Below are positions 59,801 to 64,000 of a stretch of 64,000 bases of DNA, piece by piece; position 1 is the stretch's first letter; each line of letters begins with the position of its first letter. The position numbers and the translations under genes were made by a program. A model generated the notes under the pieces. That model worked only from the letters and a program-made list of their open reading frames with translations. It did not search any database and was not told where the DNA came from. Source of the stretch: Amphiscolops sp. MND2022 (Eukaryota); assembly GCA_964187785.1 (NCBI GenBank), contig OZ076416.1:12400001-12464000 (forward strand), read 5' to 3'.

Positions 59801-62197
59801 TGGTAGCGATTAAAAGGGCAACCATAGTGATGACAAACATACCTGCCAGTTGAACAAATTATTCAAACAAAAGATTGAACAGCACCATATTGGTCTTAGC
59901 GAATTAACATACAGTTGTCACTTGCTCATTCTTTTTAACGAGATTATACGACTCGATCACATGGCGCTGCGGGAGATGCATTTTTTTGGCAAGATGCATC
60001 AACAGAGAAGGTATGAGTGGAGCCGGTGGATCGAACTTTTTGAAGCCACAATAATGGCAAAATCCTCAATCTCCCGTGATGAATTGAGCAGAGATGCCAT
60101 AACAAACGCCAGAAGAAAGGAGCTGATGGACGGGCCAGAAGAGTAGATAGCCCAGAAAAACGCAGTCAGTTTTCTTTACATCGCGCTCGGAGAAGGGACA
60201 AGGAAGACATTATTTGACAGAAAACCAAACATGGACATAAGAATCAAGAACTCGCCCAATCTGATGAAAGCATGTCAAGACGCTTTCCAAAAGACTCGTG
60301 GGCAGACACAAGTTCTTCAACCGAAAGCAAAAGGAAGGAGAGGGAAACACTCGAGCAATTTTGGCACGCGCTAAACGGACTAGCATGAAACTGCGACTTC
60401 GGGTCGAGGGCTACCAGCCGAGTCTTTGTTATCTCTGTTTCCGACATGAAACCCGCATCCGTCCAAGAGACGCTAATTACCGAGCCTCAGGGCAATCCCG
60501 AAAAAGCGCTAAAATTTGCCAACGCTTTTGAACAGGACTCACAGCAGAAAAAGACAATTTGTGTGAAGCCCATTAACATTAAAGAAGAACCAGTGCTTGC
60601 AGTGGAAAAGTACACTGAGTGTTATAAATGCGGCGAGAAGCCATTTATCACGAGGTTATGAGAAGGTCTGCAAAGCAAAGAACGTAGAATGCAGAAAGTG
60701 TGGAAAAACCGGGCATTTTGCGTTGCTCAATTAACAATTCTGCTCAACCCTCAACAAAGTCGGATTTAACTTTGTCGGATGTTTTTAGTCGGCGCTTTTC
60801 GAAGAAAAACGCAGACTATAGTAGTGACTTCTTTTTTTAAGACCAACGAACTGACAGATTTTATAAATTTTATAAGTTGGCACTAACACTAAGCCGGCAC
60901 TAACACTAAACCGTGTCACACTACTTCACTGCCACTTGGCCACTACGGCTTTTTCGAGGTCTGACAAGCAGAAGGACATGGGTTCGAGTCCCGCCATGAC
61001 CAAAAATTTTTTGTGCAATTTTTTTTTCGGCTTTGTGAGACTTTTTTCGCAAATATCTCCAAAGGGTCCACCCTTCATTTTTTTGTCTATTTTGCAAAAA
61101 AATGGATATTAAAAAACTCACAAAGGGCCCCATTTTACATGTTTCGGCACTATGCGACTTACGGGTGACCAAAAAAAATTTTGAAAAATTTCAAAAAAAA
61201 TCGGAATTTTTTTTCCAATTTTTCCTCAAACGGGTACTGTAGAAGAGAAAACTTGACACTTTGAAGTCCTTCTGTTATTTTTGAGCCTTAGATATGGCGC
61301 CGACTTGGGCGGTTCCCGGCTTGTTTTTTCTAGATAAGTAAAGTTAAAATTGTATATTCTTATATCCATGCACTTTTCACAGATCAGTAAATAGTTTTTC
61401 ACGAGAGATTACGTTTAAGAAGTCTAATACGCAATGTGCTATCATATCAGTTTGTTTCTTGATCAGCGCAACCAAACATGTTTTTCAACCTCTCATTTTT
61501 GCATGACTAGTTTCGAGTTTTGAGTTCATGTTTTTTTTAACTTGGAAAATTGAAGAATTGAAATTTCCGTGTACAGACAAAAGCGACTCAGACAAAAATC
61601 CCCCAGTTAAAAGCGCCCTTATGCAAAACGTATACTAATCTTGTTCATTTCACCGCCTCTTGTTCAAATACAAAGTAAACTCACTTGGAATGCCAGATTT
61701 GATATTTTCACGCCTAACAAATCTCAATTAAAAGCGACTCAAACTGCATTTTTTGGCATTTCTGAACGAACTATATCAACTTTGTTAATGAATCAATTTG
61801 TGAAAACACTGGTTTGAGATCAAATACTAATTATTATTAAATTGGAGTCAGGAACTTAAGATTAGTGGTAGAAAAGAGTCAGCAATTCCTTTCTAGCCTT
61901 TGATTGAGGCGCTTATGACTGGGGCGCTTTTGTCTGGTAACCGAAACTTCACTAGTGCCCCATCCGTCGAAACTTCTAACATGACCGTTCTCGTGCTAAA
62001 AATCTATGAATTATCAAAGAAACTTCCAAGTTTCTGATTCAATCGTGTTAGGATGACACAAACACTTTGACCTCGTAAGCAATGAAAACACTTACTGCTC
62101 GTGACCCCCCGGCTGTGGATTGTCTCGCTTGGGAGCCAGTGGCCTGGGAGGGTCTTGCCTGGGAGCCTCCCGCTGCCGCTTCATCCTCGTCTTCCGC
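32836..62197 (-). CDS. SPACA9: SPACA9-like microtubule-inner protein with a long N-terminal extension (at least 731 aa, at least 13 exons; start codon not identified)
   Basis: Exons 62197-62096, 58214-57980, 56823-56800, 46905-46743, 45992-45859, 42994-42661, 39463-39358, 37801-37560, 37072-36842, 35805-35601, 34043-33881, 33154-33020, 32957-32836. All introns are GT-AG and phase-consistent, total 2196 nt. Exons 9-11 match recalled SPACA9 motifs: QYEIFSHQQQALVVALEEAR ~ KYKLFQQQQLTFTAALEHCR, and ELRVDYPHQQVYRLGVEEARKRFGGAVSYLPIILEIMR ~ SLRAKYPHDVVNHLSCDEARNHYGGVVSLIPLILDLMK. Confidence 0.75.
33020..33154 (-). CDS. C-terminal exon of the SPACA9-like gene
   Basis: PKENRPVVKDFIEK...CSRCALPRR; phase 1/1; followed by a 62-nt intron. 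Confidence 0.7.
33219..33290 (+). pseudogene. tRNA-derived segment (SINE head or tRNA pseudogene)
   Basis: A-box-like TGGTGTAGTGG and B-box GGTTCGAATC are present, but the acceptor and anticodon stems do not pair well. Confidence 0.5.
33881..34043 (-). CDS. SPACA9: SPACA9-domain exon
   Basis: VYRLGVEEARKRFGGAVSYLPIILEIMRCARR; donor GTgagt. Confidence 0.85.
34933..35345 (+). mobile_element. 3'-truncated HINE-like family 1 copy
   Basis: TTTTTAGTCGGCGCTTTT start and typical internal blocks; no terminal hairpin. Confidence 0.55.
35601..35805 (-). CDS. SPACA9: SPACA9-domain exon
   Basis: AAREFFCLYEKF...ELRVDYPHQQ; phase 2 to phase 0. Confidence 0.85.
36842..37072 (-). CDS. SPACA9: SPACA9-domain exon (first helices)
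   Basis: QLWGENDIETLKKDFYQLANQYEIFSHQQQALVVALEEARQ...EIRTMEQIEQYI; acceptor ttttcAG, donor GTacta. Confidence 0.85.
37560..37801 (-). CDS. Cys/Gly-rich exon immediately upstream of the SPACA9 domain
   Basis: EENRVRCCPTQFNPG...NHAMY; donor GTtagt in phase 2, matching the next exon. Confidence 0.7.
38117..38183 (-). pseudogene. tRNA-Arg(TCT)-like degenerate segment, probably part of a SINE-like repeat
   Basis: GGCGCTATGGCCAAATGG...TTCTAATCCAAAGG...GAGTTCGAATCTC. Related downstream flanks recur near 62400-62560. Confidence 0.45.
38693..39340. repeat. 20-bp minisatellite (AGTGAGGTCAAAAAGCGAA[A/C]), about 32 copies
   Basis: Uninterrupted tandem units with recurring variant blocks and no spacers. 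Confidence 0.95.
39358..39463 (-). CDS. Cys/Gly-rich exon
   Basis: CAPKKGEKFGVPADTVVSGIENCGLPNANGGIYCK. Confidence 0.75.
40311..40731 (-). mobile_element. HINE-like family 2 copy
   Basis: AACCAGAGCCGCATATGCGG...CCGACTCCTAAAAA. Confidence 0.7.
41452..42590 (-). mobile_element. HINE-like family 2 copy split by a MITE
   Basis: Both family-2 ends are present. The consensus CATA-GGACCAT junction is interrupted at 41552/42102. Confidence 0.7.
41553..42101. mobile_element. CMC/EnSpm-like MITE nested in the HINE
   Basis: CCTTTGTTGAAACT...CTCAACTAGGG, TSD TA. Homologous to 59037-59498. Confidence 0.8.
42661..42994 (-). CDS. Cys/Gly/Pro-rich exon with YxCGPN repeats
   Basis: GC-rich open frame; acceptor ttttcAG, donor GTaagt. 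Confidence 0.8.
43342..43810 (+). mobile_element. HINE-like family 1 copy with tandemly duplicated 5' end
   Basis: The ~51-bp 5' block occurs twice (43342 and 43393); degenerate 3' subTIR near 43782. Confidence 0.65.
44159..44492. repeat. Interleaved inverted repeats, A-B-rc(A)-rc(B)
   Basis: A = 44159-44189, B = 44191-44324, rc(A) ~44326-44358, rc(B) = 44359-44492. Confidence 0.85.
45101..45328. mobile_element. Small GGG...CCC TIR element carrying five TGACTCA repeats
   Basis: Imperfect ~27-bp TIR and 15-bp tandem units TGACTCACTTCTT(A/G)A. No clear TSD. Confidence 0.45.
45859..45992 (-). CDS. Internal exon
   Basis: GDLEMSQNFIACNNEEFQQAACYAGGMGYPDIHAKKGTPPWNGL; donor GTaagt. Confidence 0.8.
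46743..46905 (-). CDS. Gly/Lys-rich internal exon
   Basis: GNIKKGSSGGGGGGGNKKKKGEIG...NCAPRYK. Confidence 0.8.
50576..50903 (-). mobile_element. Internally deleted HINE-like family 2 copy
   Basis: GAGCCGCACATGCGGTAAAGGAGTCGG start; ends at AAGTAGTCGAAAAT. Confidence 0.65.
51558..51568 (-). promoter_or_regulatory. Polypurine tract
   Basis: AAAAAGGGGAG immediately before the 3' LTR start TGTGG. Confidence 0.9.
51833..56470 (-). CDS. Gag-Pol polyprotein, 1545 aa (Gag with two Cys/His knuckles, protease, RT, RNase H, integrase)
   Basis: CWRCG...H...C and CNYCGKKGHLEKVC; IDTGS; VDMTYAYGQ and FIDD; CDASKQGLGA; HFGH...CPQC; DFAG, TDPG, VERM. Confidence 0.97.
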   Translation of the reverse strand: MALRAEEDSSNSPLPGVTYFWQDADKPPSYDWEQWRQLFEVAVLARHSISITELLRVADQQNPRQAALMGNLEENHAKRKVVSLLYISIGKTGRKMLMDKFPQINILTIQLQDIAQNCEECFQVRRNRTLDRHTFLSRKQKPNETLHQFWNILNGLAAKCDFGNQTEGLVYDIFVLNMANKQVQEKLCTEPKDNPADALQFAIAFEDGLKRQRTYGYINQETKIKEEPVCSVSGAKQNNRECWRCGAANFTLDHLNRCKAPNSMCNYCGKKGHLEKVCNQKKSDNNQNFGKNRGFAKRVQLVDQEENDDEDGNYMVLNIEGNDNNTKPYYMEGFINGNRFKTMIDTGSPVTIYALDEIKKIMKREKLPVREMVENERYVDFNGKPLHLLGYVFCELQVNDSYVKKARILIAKKGTKSIIGREWLSTLNYQVTPEQKGEFEVNSIEKDQELSVETKQFVKEFPKLFERRGKVTNHKVKINFKADAKITQQKGRRIPIQLQKAVDKEIGRLLKEGHIEKINEIKDDVFIQPTVITVKKDRSVKIALDARALNQAIDKDKYQMPNVENLLDMVAEKLDVETGEAWFSSVDMTYAYGQVPLHISTAKHCNFQIIGGESTGTYRFVSGFYGLSVMPTEFQKVMDSLLAKFREVFVFIDDILIVTKGTKNEHLDKVREILKTLDNAELQLKAGKCKIAQSEIEWLGFKMTKDGISPVNTKVQAITEKLRPENLKELRSFFGAVNQFNKFIPDLASICFPFRSILKKDATWKWTPEHETAFIRVNNEVKKAAELTHFKRNKPLRIICDASKQGLGAVLQQCEENEWKPISYASRFLTELESKYSINELELLAVVWSVEHFKNYVYGVPFGIVSDHKALQSVLKSNKGNKTYSSRLTRWVDRLLPFDFSIVHTPGRTLGMADYLSRHPSNYEGASIQAEKLFNDWFTVNVVKDVTPKVKGLENWRQPIRSRERENSERTNVNSVLTVHAPMQTNKESIEIVNPQNSDEMAFNSEKPVSKISDVYIQANAEEDRIIQKVKSLIQNKNNAIIARLPPPWREKFNSFSVSDNGLLYMDNRLVIPKNMRENVLRAIHFGHAGRDAMLKEAADVWWPRVHREVVEKAKNCPQCQLAGKNLKCIKSQNEFGKIPESTEPNEEIALDFAGPFQNANQKKKYLLVSVDNHSGWPDALFLPNPTTEKVIEFLSEYIAANGIPKRIRTDPGTVFKSEKFKQFCTKHFIDHTVCPVRDHRGNGKVERMIRTINERLRTNKEIIISKEKEGLPRILFALRSEKGSDGKSAFEKHMGRKPNTPKSRLIEKCILEKDPAIEIEPEDFSEEADSTIFVRERVRGSKLESAFKKVRGQIVRQSENTVTVVPKTNNKEVTYSKRDVASSSKTISKDKKPKQKKFEKGTKMPKTSDMPNKSEKAQLKRKLIESDSESEDIGQPPNPELYIAPIPAGKQTDEKSQQQIEIKEDADCSENPEDQNTAIEEKDETQKVPVSGTVKWEKARSSSRVSKKPDRWGHNIMVTKIEAMSSAEEESLPSVFEIKNPNTN
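56455..56469 (-). promoter_or_regulatory. Primer-binding site, tRNA-Ser type
   Basis: TGGCGCTGCGAGCAG directly follows the LTR-terminal CA. It is complementary to a ...CTGCTC(A/G)CAGCGCCA 3' end, as recalled for tRNA-Ser(CGA). Confidence 0.8.
56800..56823 (-). CDS. 24-nt micro-exon (G-DSSSGFG-G)
   Basis: ctattccAG|GAGATTCCAGTTCTGGTTTTGGAG|GTaagt; symmetric phase 1/1; Gly/Ser content matches neighbouring exons. Confidence 0.55.
57980..58214 (-). CDS. Gly/Ser/Asp-rich low-complexity exon
   Basis: TRPSQRSRQSTGGGGSQ...DGGGGGGGGGDDDGGFDDDD...EGE. Confidence 0.75.
58238..58905 (+). mobile_element. Solo LTR related to the Mag-like element, with a nested MITE (~58305-58772)
   Basis: TGCGGTAGAGCTAAT...GATTACA with 5-bp TSD GTGTG. 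Shares AACAACCTGCCAAA and AAAAGTGGCAA blocks with the intact LTR. Confidence 0.75.
59037..59498. mobile_element. CMC/EnSpm-like MITE
   Basis: CCCTAGTTGAAACTGC...GCAGTTTCAACAAGGG, TSD CT. Confidence 0.85.
59799..60725 (+). pseudogene. Mag-like relic: 5' LTR, PBS and frameshifted gag
   Basis: TGTGGTAG...GATCACA (59799-59961), then TGGCGCTGCG. Translated fragments YEWSRWIELFEA, VSFLYIALG, RHKFFNRKQK, ALKFANAFE and CYKCG/CRKCGKTGH parallel the intact Gag. Confidence 0.8.
60782..61328 (+). mobile_element. HINE-like family 1 copy with tRNA-like cassette
   Basis: Colinear with and closely similar to 6570-7110 along its whole length. Confidence 0.75.
62096..62197 (-). CDS. Most 5' exon identified for the minus-strand gene
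   Basis: AEDEDEAAAGGSQARPSQATGSQARQSTAGGSRA; ttgttcAG acceptor, GTaagt donor, phase 0/0. Confidence 0.75.
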
Positions 62198-63863
62198 CTG
62201 AACAAAAAATGGTTACATGCAAACAAGTTGAACAAAAAGATTGAAAAATTTGTTCCCTTGGCGCAAAGGACTTTGAAAATGTTAAGTACGCTGATTTGTT
62301 TTCTATATCTCGTTTTTTGGAAACGGAAAGAAGGCAACAGTCTATTGTCAAACGTTTTAATGGCCACGATGGTATCGAATACCATCGACTGATACACCAC
62401 AGATATTACTAAACTGTCAAAAGAACAAAAGTTGTTTACAAATATTATCAAACAAATTAAAGTTTCGAGATAGCAAAGTGAATAATATTTAGAAAAATAT
62501 ATTTTTCTATTTTCGAATGTATCAAACATTTTCAGTTAGCGGGATTCGAACCCGCGATAGCAAACAATTGGTACAATTGAGATCTTAAACTAAAAACATC
62601 TTTTTCCAGAAACAAAGTCAAAATAGAACAATCTGAAGTGAGTTTTATCATTTTAAAAAGCATTGATTAGAATCAAAAAGAACTACTCTGGCGTGACTTT
62701 GGCGTGAAATGATGATTTCAAACTTTCAATTGTTGAAACAAGGCGTCCAATTAGCTTCGGGATATTTTCCACCACTCTATATTCATATTTCAGCAACCTG
62801 ATTCAATACTGAAAAAGTTCATAGGCACCTCCAATACCAAACTGACTGTTTTCTCGTTTTTAAGAGGTTTACTAAATTTCAATAGGACTCTTTTAAACTT
62901 TGAGACTTTTCATTTTCCCAAAAAAAAACGTTAGAAAACTCCGGAAACAACTTTTGCTACGAACAATGTTAACTATTTTGCTAGTCAAAAAGTAAATCTA
63001 AATCTTTGACAGGGTCAAAAAATTAAACTTTTCTGGATCGTCTGAACCATGGTAGCATGGTGTGGTATGTGGCAGTATAGCAAGAGGAACGTTGAACTTG
63101 TAATTGTTTTGTTTGCAAGTGTTATGTATTTACTTAATTGCAAGGATATGTTTTATTTTGTGTGCTGAACTTGAGCGTTTACATAATGCGTTTACCTGTT
63201 TTCTAAATTTTTGATCCAACCTGCGAATGTGATTGTGAAGTACTTTTTAAACAACTTTTTCCTATAACTCGATAACCGGTTGAGCAAAAATGTCAAATAG
63301 ACGATCACTTAAACTCCTCTACTAGCAGTGCTTTAGCTTTATAGTGCTCATGAGATTTTTTTAAAATGCTAGCCAATTGGCTACCATTTTAAAAAAATAA
63401 TCTCATGCAAGCATCTTTAAAGCAAGCGCAAACTCGGGACCTTTATGCACGTGCCAGGGGACTGAAGAACAAATTGAACGGAAACGAAAAGAAGTGAACG
63501 AACAAATCGCCTTGGAAGCACAGTTCGATGCCTTGTGTAATTTATCACTTCTAGTCGGCTTCAAATTCCACCTTTCGACTGATAGTCTTTTGACCCGAAG
63601 TACAAAGAGATCAATTAGTTGAACTCTCAACCGAACAGCATTTTGAGTTCAGTCGCTGCTTTGATCCATCCGATAGCTCTCTCTCGTTGCTCGTTTAACC
63701 GTGATGAACTGTCATTGAGATTTGCTGTTTAGAATGGAATTTTCAGAATTTCAATATCCCACAAAGCTTCCTCAATCTGACGTCGAAAGGTGGACTAGCA
63801 AATCTTTGACCACAATTCTAAGGATATCTCCAGCGTGGTTGCATTTTCCGAAGATAAACCCAG

Positions 63864-63940
63864 TTTTTTAGTCGGCGCTTCTCGAAGAGAAGACCCGACT
63901 ATAGTAGTGATTTTTTCAAGACCAGCGAACTGACTGATTT
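63864..63940 (+). mobile_element. 5' fragment of HINE-like family 1
   Basis: TTTTTTAGTCGGCGCTTCTCGAAG...GAACTGAC. Confidence 0.55.
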
Positions 63941-64000
63941 CTAGCACCAGCTTATAATTGCAAATTAGTTACCTCAATAATTTCCACTAACTGTCGCTTG

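Noticed and set aside
61566-61942. TIR element with CAGACAAAAGCG subterminal repeats (related motif at ~34110)
   Set aside because: The inverted motifs are real, but the ends and TSD are ambiguous, so it is not called as a feature.
63403-63830. Further upstream exon of the SPACA9-like gene, or a transposase relic
   Set aside because: Coding-like composition but interrupted by stops, with no convincing donor/acceptor pair or recognisable domain.

Overview
AT-rich metazoan genomic DNA with spliceosomal introns and a dense repeat load. The repeat style resembles an acoel worm genome; this is an impression only and was not checked. Two host genes converge tail-to-tail. (1) A 5-exon calponin-family (transgelin/myophilin-like) gene on + (25792-29468). 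(2) A phase-consistent gene of at least 13 exons on - (62197 to 32836, at least 731 aa). Its C-terminal third aligns by eye to the microtubule-inner protein SPACA9/C9orf9 and is preceded by at least 446 aa of Gly/Ser/Asp-rich and Cys/Gly/Pro-rich sequence. LTR retroelements: the 3' end of an element with a 1.5-kb LTR (3247-4742) preceded by a spliced antisense gene and a sense ORF that diverge from a 6x ACGT-motif array; a decayed Ty3/Gypsy (13236-19701); an intact, very young Mag-like Ty3/Gypsy (51355-56672); a solo LTR; and a gag relic. Non-autonomous DNA elements are numerous and often nested: CCC-ended elements with 2-bp TSDs (CMC/EnSpm-like), TA-flanked MITEs, and two Helentron/HINE-like families, one carrying tRNA-like cassettes. 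The window also holds loopless palindromes and a 20-bp minisatellite. All alignments and identities were judged by eye.
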